A DNA stretch of 45,024 nt from NCBI GenBank assembly GCA_965372835.1, contig CBDVDV010000005.1:1-45024 (forward strand). Direction: 5' to 3'. Positions 1 through 8,464 of the stretch are shown here, piece after piece; within the stretch, counting starts at the first letter, position 1, and each line of letters starts with the position of its first letter. The translations under genes and the position numbers were made by a program. Source of the DNA: an uncultured bacterium (lineage in GTDB: Bacteria > Planctomycetota > DG-23 > CBDVDV01). The notes below the pieces were generated by a model that searched no databases, was not told where the DNA came from, and saw only the letters and a list, made by a program, of their open reading frames with translations.

Positions 1-132
1 TGGGAAACTCAAACAATGTTTCCCGCGCTCCGCACCCACCTTGGCTCTGCCAAGGGGGGCCACCACTGACAACTCTACTCTTTGCTACCAAATGAGTTAC
101 CAAAACCGGGGATCACTCAGTGGACCGCCCTC

Positions 133-161
133 TTGACGCAGTCCCCTGGTGCCGGTAACAT
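133..161 (+). promoter_or_regulatory. sigma70-type promoter for purQ-lpdA operon
   Basis: TTGACG (133-138), 17 bp spacer, TAACAT (156-161), about 50 nt upstream of purQ GTG. Confidence 0.55.
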
Positions 162-208
162 AGGGCCCGGACATCGGGAACGGACAGCTCCGGGAGGATC
201 GGGACCCC

Positions 209-982
209 GTGGCCACTGTCAAGGCACTCATCCTGCGGGCCGCAGGCACCAACTGTGACTACGAGACCCAGTACGCCTTCGAGAAGGTGGGGGCCCAGGC
301 GGAGCGGGTGCACGTCAACCGCCTCATCGAAAACCCCCAGCGCCTCGACGACTACCAGATCCTCTGCATCCCCGGGGGCTTCACCTACGGCGACGACGTG
401 GCCGCCGGCAAAATCCTGGCCAACCAACTCCGATACCGGTTGGGGGAGGAGTTGGCTCGGTTCCACGACGAGGATAAACTCATCCTGGGCATCTGTAACG
501 GCTTCCAGGTGCTGGTCAAGCTGGGGCTGTTGCCGGGGCTCGACGGACTGGGCGAGCAGCAGTGCACCCTGACGGCCAACGACTCCAACCGCTTCGAGGA
601 CCGCTGGGTGTACCTGGCGGCCGAGGACTCACCGTCGATTTTCCTCGAAGGAGGCTCAGTTATCGCCCTGCCGGTGGCCCATGCGGAGGGCAAGTTCGTC
701 CCCCGCGATGAGGCAGTCCTAAAGGAACTGCGAGGTCAGCGTCACGTGGTCTTGCGCTACGTGGACGCCCAGGGTCGGGTGGGCGGTTACCCGGTTAACC
801 CCAACGGGTCGGTGGACGACATTGCCGGCATCTGTGACCCCAGCGGCCGGGTGCTGGGGCTGATGCCTCACCCCGAGCGCCACGTGGAGCCGCACCAGCA
901 TCCGCGCTGGACCCGAGAAGGCCTGAAACCGGAGGGCGACGGCCTGGCGCTCTTCCGAAATGCCGTGCGCTTTTTCGCTTAG
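209..982 (+). CDS. purQ: Phosphoribosylformylglycinamidine synthase subunit PurQ (glutaminase)
   Basis: Motifs GTNCD, PGGFTYGD, GICNGFQ (catalytic Cys), AHAEG, NPNGS, MPHPER; RBS GGGAGG upstream. Confidence 0.96.
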   Translation: MATVKALILRAAGTNCDYETQYAFEKVGAQAERVHVNRLIENPQRLDDYQILCIPGGFTYGDDVAAGKILANQLRYRLGEELARFHDEDKLILGICNGFQVLVKLGLLPGLDGLGEQQCTLTANDSNRFEDRWVYLAAEDSPSIFLEGGSVIALPVAHAEGKFVPRDEAVLKELRGQRHVVLRYVDAQGRVGGYPVNPNGSVDDIAGICDPSGRVLGLMPHPERHVEPHQHPRWTREGLKPEGDGLALFRNAVRFFA

Positions 983-1046
983 GCGCGATTGGTGGCGTTC
1001 CTCGCAGCAAGCACGGCGGCCTCCGACGGTACGTGAAAGGGCATTC

Positions 1047-2447
1047 GTGAGCACCGTCTACGACCTGGTCATCCTGGGCAGCGGCCCTGCGGGCTATGTC
1101 GCGGCGCTGCGCGCCGCCCAGTTCGGAGCCTCGGCCGCGGTGGTGGAAAGCCGGGAGTTGGGCGGCGTCTGCCTGAACCGGGGCTGTATCCCCACCAAGG
1201 CCGTAGTGGAAAGCGCCTGGGTCCTGCATGAAGCCCAGCGGGCCAGGGAGTTGGGCATCAACCTGTCGGTGCGGCGGGTCGACTTCAAACAGGTCGTCGC
1301 CCGGGCCCAGGGCGTGGTGGACCGGCTCCGCGGAGGCATCCAGGCCCTGTTCCGCGCTTCCCATATCGAACTCGTTCAGGGAAGGGGCCGGCTCCTGGAG
1401 CCGGGCTGCGTGCTGGTCGAGAACCAAGACGGTAACCAAGAAGTGCGGGGGCGGGCCGTGCTGGTCGCTACCGGGAGCGAACCCGCCAGCCCGGGGCCGT
1501 TGAGACTTCGAAGCAGACGGGTCGTGACCAGCGATGACCTGCTGACGATGAGGCGCCTCCCCCGTCGGCTTCTGGTCATCGGCGGCGGGGCGACCGGGTG
1601 CGAGTTCGCCAGCATGTTTCGCCAACTGGGCAGCGAGGTCGTCCTGGTGGAGATGCTCGACCACATCCTCCCCGACCTGGACGAAGACCTGCGCCGCGGA
1701 CTGACCAACGCCTTGCGCAAGCAGAAGGTCAAACTCCTGCTGGGGACCCGGGTGGAGGCGCTCCGCAGGGGGGCTTCTTCCGTCGTGGCCGAACTCAGCC
1801 GGGGTGACCCGGTGGAGGCCGACACGGTGCTGGTTGCGGTCGGTCGCCGGCTGAGTGTGGAGGGTGTTGGGCTGGAGGACGTTGGGGTCAATGTTGAAGA
1901 CGGCCACATTGTGGTGGATGAGCGGGGACGGACCTCTGTTGCGGGTGTGTGGGCGGCCGGGGATGTGACGGGTGGTCGCTGGCTCCTGGCCCACGTGGCC
2001 AGTCGAGGGGCTGTGGTCGCGGTCGAACACATGTTCGGCGAGACCCCTTATGTCCGCTGGGACGTGGTGCCCTTCGGCATTTTCTGCCTGCCCGAGGTCG
2101 GCGCGGTGGGGATGACCGAGGCAGACGCCAAGGAGGCCGGGCGGGAGGTCTCAGTGGGGCGCTTTCCCTTTACCGCCTTGGGGCGGGCAGTGACGGCAGG
2201 GGAGACCGAAGGGTTCGTCAAGGTGGTGGCCGACGCCGGCACCGGTGAATTGTTGGGGGTGCACATCCTGGGAGCCCGGGCGGCGGACCTGGTGCACCAG
2301 GCAGCCCTGGCCATCCAGATGGAAGCGACCGTGGACGAACTCGTCGACACCATCCACGCCCACCCGACCTTTGCCGAAGGTCTCCACGAAGCCGCGCTGG
2401 ACAGCCTGGGAAGAGCCCTTCACTTACCTCGACGGAGTTCGTCATGA
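1047..2447 (+). CDS. lpdA: Dihydrolipoyl dehydrogenase (E3)
   Basis: GSGPAG FAD motif, GGVCLNRGCIPTK redox disulfide, GGGATG NAD motif, HPTFAE; start re-assigned to GTG 1047 (VSTVYDLVILG); next to lipB/lipA. Confidence 0.92.
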   Translation: MSTVYDLVILGSGPAGYVAALRAAQFGASAAVVESRELGGVCLNRGCIPTKAVVESAWVLHEAQRARELGINLSVRRVDFKQVVARAQGVVDRLRGGIQALFRASHIELVQGRGRLLEPGCVLVENQDGNQEVRGRAVLVATGSEPASPGPLRLRSRRVVTSDDLLTMRRLPRRLLVIGGGATGCEFASMFRQLGSEVVLVEMLDHILPDLDEDLRRGLTNALRKQKVKLLLGTRVEALRRGASSVVAELSRGDPVEADTVLVAVGRRLSVEGVGLEDVGVNVEDGHIVVDERGRTSVAGVWAAGDVTGGRWLLAHVASRGAVVAVEHMFGETPYVRWDVVPFGIFCLPEVGAVGMTEADAKEAGREVSVGRFPFTALGRAVTAGETEGFVKVVADAGTGELLGVHILGARAADLVHQAALAIQMEATVDELVDTIHAHPTFAEGLHEAALDSLGRALHLPRRSSS

Positions 2448-3175
2448 GCGCCGAAGCGGGCGACCCCACCCAGCAGCTCAGGTTATGCGCCTGGTGGCTG
2501 GGGCAGGTGCTGTACGAGGAGGCGGTGGCCCTTCAGAGCCGACTCCAGCAGGAAGTGCTCGCTCGCCGAGGTCACCCCGGCTACCTCCTGCTCCTGGAGC
2601 ATCCCTCGGTCATTACTGCGGGGCGGTCCGCTGATCTGGAAGACCTGCGCGCATCCCCGGCGCAACTGGCCCGACTGGGGGTGGGGTTCTTTACGAGTAA
2701 CCGGGGTGGTCGGCTCACCTACCACGGCCCTGGCCAACTGGTGGGCTACCCGGTGCTTGACCTCAAGGCCTACGGGTGCGACGTCCACCGGTATATGAGG
2801 CAGTTGGAGGAGGTGCTCATCCTTCTGCTTCGTCGGCTGGGGGTGGAGGCCCGGCGACGCGCCGGTCACACCGGCGTCTGGGTGGGTGAAGGGAAGGTGG
2901 CGTCCATCGGAGTCGCCATTCGTCGCTGGGTGACGGCGCACGGGTTTGCCCTGAACGTGGCCCCGGAGATGAAGCATTTCAGCCTGATCCGGCCTTGCGG
3001 CTTGCCGCCTGAAACGATCGTCTCGCTGGCCGAACTGCTTCAGGACGTGCCCGACCTCGACACTCTGGCCGGCTGGGTGGCGGAGACGTTCGCCGAGGTC
3101 TTCGGGCTCGGACCCACGCAGGTGGTCTTTGAGAATCGGTCGGTGAGAACCCTGTCCTTGACAGGAGCACCGTGA
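2444..3175 (+). CDS. lipB: Octanoyl-[ACP]:protein N-octanoyltransferase
   Basis: LLLEHP, RGGRLTYHGPGQLVGYP, KVASIG, HGFALN, IRPCG motifs; ATGA overlap with lpdA. Confidence 0.95.
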   Translation: MSAEAGDPTQQLRLCAWWLGQVLYEEAVALQSRLQQEVLARRGHPGYLLLLEHPSVITAGRSADLEDLRASPAQLARLGVGFFTSNRGGRLTYHGPGQLVGYPVLDLKAYGCDVHRYMRQLEEVLILLLRRLGVEARRRAGHTGVWVGEGKVASIGVAIRRWVTAHGFALNVAPEMKHFSLIRPCGLPPETIVSLAELLQDVPDLDTLAGWVAETFAEVFGLGPTQVVFENRSVRTLSLTGAP

Positions 3176-3178
3176 GAT

Positions 3179-4060
3179 ATGAAGCGGGTCTCGTTGCCTC
3201 CGTGGCTGCGAAAGCGGCTGCCGATGGCGGGTGAGGTGGAGCGGGTCCGCCGGGCCCTGAGCCGAACGGGCCTCGGCACCGTCTGCCAGAGCGCCCACTG
3301 CCCGAACGTCTTTGAATGCTTCGCCCAAGGTACCGTCGCCTTCCTCATCCTCGGGCCCAACTGCACCCGCAGGTGTCGCTTCTGCGCCGTGCCCAAGGGC
3401 GAGCCGGCCCCGGTGGATGGCGACGAGCCCGTCCGGGTGGCCGAGGCGGCCCGCAGGCTGGGACTCGAGTACGTGGTGGTCACCTCAGTGACCAGGGACG
3501 ACCTCCCCGACGGCGGCGCGGAGCAGTTTGCCCGCGTGGTTGCTGAGGTCCGGCGCTGCGCCGGGGCCCGCGTCGAGGTGCTCACGCCCGATTTCTCCGG
3601 GCGCTGGGAGTCCGTGGCTACGGTGGTGGAAGCCGAGCCCGACGTCTACAATCACAACCTGGAGACGGTGCCTCGGCTGTACGGCGAGGTGCGACCTGGG
3701 GCGTCGTATCGGCGAAGCCTCGAACTGCTCGAGCGGGTGAAAGTCCTGGCCGCCGAGATGGTGACCAAAAGTGGGCTGATGGTGGGGCTGGGGGAAACAC
3801 GCACCGAGCTCCGGAGCACGTTGGCCGACCTGCGCCTGGTCGGCTGCGATGTGGTGACCCTGGGACAGTACCTGGCCCCGTCGCCGCAACATCTGCCGGT
3901 GGCCCGCTTCGTGCCACCTGAGGAGTTTGAGGAGATGGCCGAGGAGGCCCGAGCGTTGGGCTTTCGGGTGGTGTCGGCGGACCCCTTTGTCCGCAGTTCC
4001 CACGGGGCTGCGGAGCTCTTCGCCGGGCTTCAGGCGAAGGTGGCGGCGCCTCGGTCTTGA
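3179..4060 (+). CDS. lipA: Lipoyl synthase (radical SAM)
   Basis: CX4CX5C (CQSAHCPNVFEC), CX3CX2C (CTRRCRFC), VTSVTRDDL, HNLETV, GQYL, VRSS. Confidence 0.96.
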   Translation: MKRVSLPPWLRKRLPMAGEVERVRRALSRTGLGTVCQSAHCPNVFECFAQGTVAFLILGPNCTRRCRFCAVPKGEPAPVDGDEPVRVAEAARRLGLEYVVVTSVTRDDLPDGGAEQFARVVAEVRRCAGARVEVLTPDFSGRWESVATVVEAEPDVYNHNLETVPRLYGEVRPGASYRRSLELLERVKVLAAEMVTKSGLMVGLGETRTELRSTLADLRLVGCDVVTLGQYLAPSPQHLPVARFVPPEEFEEMAEEARALGFRVVSADPFVRSSHGAAELFAGLQAKVAAPRS

Positions 4061-4088
4061 GCGTGGGATTCGATGACGGAGGAGGAGC

Positions 4089-4334
4089 ATGCGCATCGAG
4101 GTGACAGTGCCTGACCCGGGCGAGGACGGCCCCAAAGAAGCATCCGTTTCGTTCTGGATGTTCGAGGTGGGGGACAAGGTCTCCGCGGGTGAGGACCTGG
4201 TAGAACTGGTGACGGATAAGGCCAGTTTCACGGTGGCGGCGCCGGCCAGCGGTCGGCTGACCGAGCTGCGAGCCGGAGAGGGCGACAAGGTGGCTCCAGG
4301 CGATGTGCTGGCTGTGGTTGAGAGCCATGAGTAG
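4089..4334 (+). CDS. Stand-alone lipoyl-domain protein (E2-type lipoyl attachment domain)
   Basis: 81 aa; W..EVGDKV..GEDLVELVTDKA..APASG..EGDKV..GDVL pattern with TDKA lipoylation Lys; strong RBS GGAGGAG. Confidence 0.85.
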   Translation: MRIEVTVPDPGEDGPKEASVSFWMFEVGDKVSAGEDLVELVTDKASFTVAAPASGRLTELRAGEGDKVAPGDVLAVVESHE

Positions 4335-4950
4335 GGCGAGCGGGCAGGGGCGGTTCGTTGTCTTCGAGGGCCTGGACGGGTGTGGCAAGAGCACCCAGGC
4401 CAGACGGGCGGCGCGGGCGCTGGGTCGGCGGGGACGACAGGTACTGCTTTGCCGGGATCCGGGGGGGACGGCCATCGGAGAGCGCATTCGCCGACTGCTG
4501 CTGGACCGTCGCTACCGGGAGATGACGGCCGAGACCGAACTGATGCTCTACATGGCCAGTCGGGCGCAACTGCTGCGCCAGGTGGTGACGCCGGCGCTCG
4601 CCTCAGGCACCGTCGTCATTACCGACCGTTTTGTTCTGTCAAGTCTCATCTATCAGACGGTCAGCGGCGCGGTTTCGGAATCGGCGGCGCGCTCGGTGGC
4701 CCGCGTGGTCCTGGGTAACGTGACTCCCGACCTGCAAATCATCTTCGATGTCCCGGTCCACGTGGCCATGGCCCGCAGGCGCCGACCTCTTGACCGCATG
4801 GAACGGAAAGGCCGGGCCTTCTTGGAGCGGGTCCGCCAGGGCTATCTGGCTGCCGCCCACAGGGAACCGGCCACGGTGCTGCTCTCGGGCGCGCCGCCAG
4901 CCGGGCAGGTCCACCAGCGGGTCATGGAGGAGTTAGAGCGTGTCCTTTGA
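4327..4950 (+). CDS. tmk: Thymidylate (dTMP) kinase
   Basis: FEGLDGCGKST P-loop, RDPGGT, TDRF, PDL, DRME; start at ATG 4327 overlapping previous gene. Confidence 0.93.
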   Translation: MSRASGQGRFVVFEGLDGCGKSTQARRAARALGRRGRQVLLCRDPGGTAIGERIRRLLLDRRYREMTAETELMLYMASRAQLLRQVVTPALASGTVVITDRFVLSSLIYQTVSGAVSESAARSVARVVLGNVTPDLQIIFDVPVHVAMARRRRPLDRMERKGRAFLERVRQGYLAAAHREPATVLLSGAPPAGQVHQRVMEELERVL

Positions 4951-5980
4951 CCGGGTGTGGGGACAGGAGCAGGCTATCGGCTTTCTCCGCCAGGCCTTGG
5001 CCCGTGGCCGGCTGGCCCACGCGCTTATCTTCGTCGGGCCCTCGGGTGTCGGCCGAAGGCTGACGGCCCGGGAACTGGCCAAGGCCCTGCTCTGTCTCCG
5101 GGCTGACCCCGAGCAGGGGGGCTGCGACGAGTGCCGCGCCTGCCGACAGGTCGACCACGGAAACCACCCGGGATGCTTCGAACTGGCTCGCAGAAGCGGC
5201 AAACAGGTCATCGAGGTGGAACGGTTGCGGGAGTTCTTGAAGCCGATGCGCCGGCGCCTGGCCTCGGACGAGCGGCAGGTATTCGTTATCGACGACGCTG
5301 AGCAGTTCGGCATAGAAGGCTACAACACGGTTCTCAAGCGCCTGGAGGAGCCTCCGCCCCGTAACCTCGTTATCCTGGTGGCTCAGGGACTGGACAGCCT
5401 GCCGGCCACCGTGGTCAGTCGGGCCCAGGTGGTGCGGTTCCACAGGTTGGCTCCGGAGGTGCTGGAGCGGGTGCTGGTGGAGCGCTGCGGTGTCGCTGCG
5501 GAGACGGCACGCCGGGTGCTCCGCCTGCTTCGAGGCTCGGTGGAGCCGGTGGCTGAGGACCTGGACGCCTGGGTAGCCGAGCGCCAGTGGGTGGCGGAGG
5601 CGGTGGGTCGGCTGGTCCCGGCTGACGTGGTGGCTGTCTGCCAGGGGATCTTGGAGCGCGCAGCTGGTGGAGGTGAGGCCTCGGTGGAGCGGAACCTGAA
5701 GGTGGTGGACCTGCTGCGGGCGGCCCTCTGGTTGTACCGAGATGCGGTGGTGTGGCAGCGGACAGGGGAAGAGGGGCTGCTCTCGGGCGCCGCACCGGCC
5801 GACGTGGTTCAGGAACTGGCCCGGCGGAGCGACGGCCGGGGGCTGGGAAAAAGCCTTGCATCGCTACTCCGCGCTCAGGTAGAATTGGAGAAGACGAATC
5901 CAGCACTGCAACTCTCTGATGTGCTGGTTGAGTTGGTGAGGCGGCGACATGAGCGGAGCATTTCCGTCGGCGGCTGCTGA
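4940..5980 (+). CDS. holB: DNA polymerase III subunit delta-prime
   Basis: GRLAHALIFVGPSGVG, Zn module C..CDECRAC, NHP, IDDAE, LKRLEEPP, TVVSR; tmk-holB-PSP1 synteny. Confidence 0.88.
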   Translation: MSFDRVWGQEQAIGFLRQALARGRLAHALIFVGPSGVGRRLTARELAKALLCLRADPEQGGCDECRACRQVDHGNHPGCFELARRSGKQVIEVERLREFLKPMRRRLASDERQVFVIDDAEQFGIEGYNTVLKRLEEPPPRNLVILVAQGLDSLPATVVSRAQVVRFHRLAPEVLERVLVERCGVAAETARRVLRLLRGSVEPVAEDLDAWVAERQWVAEAVGRLVPADVVAVCQGILERAAGGGEASVERNLKVVDLLRAALWLYRDAVVWQRTGEEGLLSGAAPADVVQELARRSDGRGLGKSLASLLRAQVELEKTNPALQLSDVLVELVRRRHERSISVGGC

Positions 5981-6854
5981 GTCTGAGGTCAGTGAGCCGC
6001 GGACATTCTACTACATTGTGCGATACGGGGCCATGTCCCATGTGGGCCTGTTTTCGTCGGCGGGGGCCCGCTACCGGCCTGAGGCTGTGGTCGTGGTGCG
6101 CAGTGACCGGGGTCGGGAAGTGGCGACAGTGCTCACCGAGCTTCCCTTCGAGGACGGCTCCAAGGCTGCTGCCGTCGGACAGATTCTGCGTGAGTTGACG
6201 GAGGGGGACCGGGAGCGGCTGCGGAGCGTCCAGGAGGAAGAGGTCCCCCGGGAGTTGACCTTTTGCCTGGAGCGCATCAAGGCCCACGAACTGCCCATGG
6301 ACCTGGTGTACGCGGAGCACCTCTTCGGTGGTGAGAAAGTCATCTTTTATTTCCTGGCTGATGGGCGGGTGGATTTTCGCGAGTTGGTCAGGGACCTGGC
6401 CAAGGAGTACCGGACCCGGATTGAACTCCGTCAGATTGGGGTGCGCGACGAGGCTCGGCTGCGCGGTGGTTACGGCCATTGTGGCCGACTGCTGTGCTGT
6501 CGTGGACACCTGCAGAAGATGGAGCCGGTGACCATGCGCATGGCCAAGAATCAGAAGGCCACGCTGGATCCGACGAAGATCTCCGGTCAGTGTGGTCGGC
6601 TCATGTGCTGCCTGCGCTTTGAGGACGAGGTGTATCGTCAGCTCAAGCGGAACCTCCCCCGCAAGGGCTCCTATGTGGTAGCCGAAACAGCCGAGGGGGA
6701 GGTGGTGGATTACGACATTATTCAACAGACGGTGAAGGTGGAGACGAAGTCCGGCGCCGTGGTGACGGTGCCGGTCAGTGAGGTCCGCGAGGAGAAGATT
6801 CGCACACTGGTCGCCAAGCAGGACGAGGGTCCTTCCCAGGAGACGCGGGGATGA
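5949..6854 (+). CDS. PSP1 C-terminal domain protein (RicT/YaaT family, Fe-S)
   Basis: GRVDFRELVRDLA, RIELRQIGVRDEAR, GHCGRLLCC, KISGQCGRLMCCLRFE; start uncertain. Confidence 0.9.
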   Translation: MSGAFPSAAAESEVSEPRTFYYIVRYGAMSHVGLFSSAGARYRPEAVVVVRSDRGREVATVLTELPFEDGSKAAAVGQILRELTEGDRERLRSVQEEEVPRELTFCLERIKAHELPMDLVYAEHLFGGEKVIFYFLADGRVDFRELVRDLAKEYRTRIELRQIGVRDEARLRGGYGHCGRLLCCRGHLQKMEPVTMRMAKNQKATLDPTKISGQCGRLMCCLRFEDEVYRQLKRNLPRKGSYVVAETAEGEVVDYDIIQQTVKVETKSGAVVTVPVSEVREEKIRTLVAKQDEGPSQETRG

Positions 6855-6915
6855 CGGCGCCCCGGCGCCCAGCCGGTGTTAGGGGGTAGCCCCGCAAGAG
6901 CCACGAGGTGGTGTG

Positions 6916-7317
6916 ATGGCTGAGAAGCATTCCCAGGCGCGATCGACGACGGGTCCGCCGGTATCGATCGAGCGGATCGCCGCCGAGGACGGTCGCTATA
7001 TGCCCCAGGCCTACTATTTCGTCCACCGGGCCTTGACGTACAAACTGCGTCAGTTGGGTGAGCACCGACACCTCACCGCCGAGGAACTGCTGGATGGCAT
7101 TCGCCAGTTGGCGCTGGAGCGCTTCGGGCTTATGGCCCGGGTGGTGCTGGAGCAGTGGGGGGTAGAGGGAACGCGAGACTTCGGAGAAATCGTCTACCTG
7201 CTCATCGCCCACGGACTGCTGTTCAGGACCGAGAAGGACAGCAAGGACGACTTCAAGGACGTATACGACTTCCGCCAAGCCTTCGACGAGTCCTACCAGG
7301 TGCCGGGGGAGCTGTAG
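6916..7317 (+). CDS. Planctomycete/Verrucomicrobia-restricted conserved protein (Minf_1886-like)
   Basis: DGRY..AYYFV..AL, RHLTAEELL.GIR.LA.ERFG.MA..VL..WGV..T.DFGEIVY, DS..DF..VYDF pattern recalled for this family. Confidence 0.75.
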   Translation: MAEKHSQARSTTGPPVSIERIAAEDGRYMPQAYYFVHRALTYKLRQLGEHRHLTAEELLDGIRQLALERFGLMARVVLEQWGVEGTRDFGEIVYLLIAHGLLFRTEKDSKDDFKDVYDFRQAFDESYQVPGEL

Positions 7318-7437
7318 CGGCGGAACCCCTTCACCAAGAATCGCCTTGACACCCTGCTCCTGGGGTGGGAATATAGTTTTGTGGAGGGAGGGGGTCCTCC
7401 GTCTCCTTTTGGGTTTCGGATTCCAAATAGGGCACCG

Positions 7438-7869
7438 ATGATGCGGACCTACGTCGCGAAAAAGGAAACCGTGCAGCCGCGGTGGTACCTGGTGGATGCC
7501 CAGGGGCGGGTGCTTGGTCGCCTGGCCGCCCGGCTGGCCCCCATCCTCCAGGGCAAGCACAGGCCCACCTATACTCCCCACGTGGACACGGGCGACTTTG
7601 TCGTGGTCGTCAATGCCGAGAAGATACGGGTGACCGGCAACAAACTGACCCAGAAGATGTACCAGCGGTACTCGGGCTACCCCGGCGGATTGAAGGAGCG
7701 GTCCCTGGAGGTGATGCTGGCTCGGCACCCCGAACGGGTATTGGAACGGGCCGTCCGCCGAATGCTCCCCAAGACCAAGTTGGGGGAGAAGATGTTTCGT
7801 AAGTTGAAGGTGTACGCCGGCCCTGACCATCCCCACCAGGCTCAGGAGCCTGAGCCACTTTCGCCCTAA
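7438..7869 (+). CDS. rplM: 50S ribosomal protein L13
   Basis: [61 protein letters not shown]. Confidence 0.98.
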   Translation: MMRTYVAKKETVQPRWYLVDAQGRVLGRLAARLAPILQGKHRPTYTPHVDTGDFVVVVNAEKIRVTGNKLTQKMYQRYSGYPGGLKERSLEVMLARHPERVLERAVRRMLPKTKLGEKMFRKLKVYAGPDHPHQAQEPEPLSP

Positions 7870-7891
7870 AGTAAGGAGGCAGGCAGCGCGC

Positions 7892-8299
7892 ATGACCACC
7901 GCTACGCGGACATCACCATGGGTTTGGGGGACGGGACGACGCAAGACGGCGGTCTGTCGGGTGCGCATTCGCCCGGGGTCGGGCCAGTTCCTGGTGAACG
8001 GCCGTCCGGCGGATGAGTACTTTTGCCTGGAGCGGGACCGACTGACGGTTCGGGCTCCGCTGCGACTGACCCAGAGCGCCGACCGGTTTGACGTCTTTGT
8101 CAACGCCCGGGGTGGGGGGTTCAAGGGACAGGCAAGCGCCACGGCGCTGGGCCTGGCCCGGGCCATGATCGTGGTTGACTCCTCCTGGGAGAAACTGCTC
8201 CGGGGTGAGGGACTCCTCACCCGTGACGCCCGTGCGGTGGAGCGCAAGAAGTACGGTCGCAAGAAGGCGCGCAAACAGTTCCAGTTCTCCAAGCGTTGA
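7892..8299 (+). CDS. rpsI: 30S ribosomal protein S9
   Basis: GTGRRKTAV, GGG..GQA, LTRDAR.VERKKYG.KKARK.FQFSKR; RBS AAGGAGG. Confidence 0.98.
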   Translation: MTTATRTSPWVWGTGRRKTAVCRVRIRPGSGQFLVNGRPADEYFCLERDRLTVRAPLRLTQSADRFDVFVNARGGGFKGQASATALGLARAMIVVDSSWEKLLRGEGLLTRDARAVERKKYGRKKARKQFQFSKR

Positions 8300-8332
8300 C
8301 GTGCACGCGTTGGACACGCGAGGTCATCCTGC

Positions 8333-8370
8333 GTACGGGGCCGTCGAACAGGGCGGTCCCGTGCTTTTGT
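8333..8370 (+). terminator. Intrinsic terminator after rpsI
   Basis: 13-bp stem GTACGGGGCCGTC / GGCGGTCCCGTGC (with G-U pairs), 6-nt loop, followed by TTTTGT. Confidence 0.7.
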
Positions 8371-8464
8371 CCGGGTCGGGGCCGCGAGCGGGCGGTGTAC
8401 GACAGGCTGAGCCTTGGCCGATACCAAGAACGCAAGCGCAGTTGGCCGGAGCGGGGATGCACCT

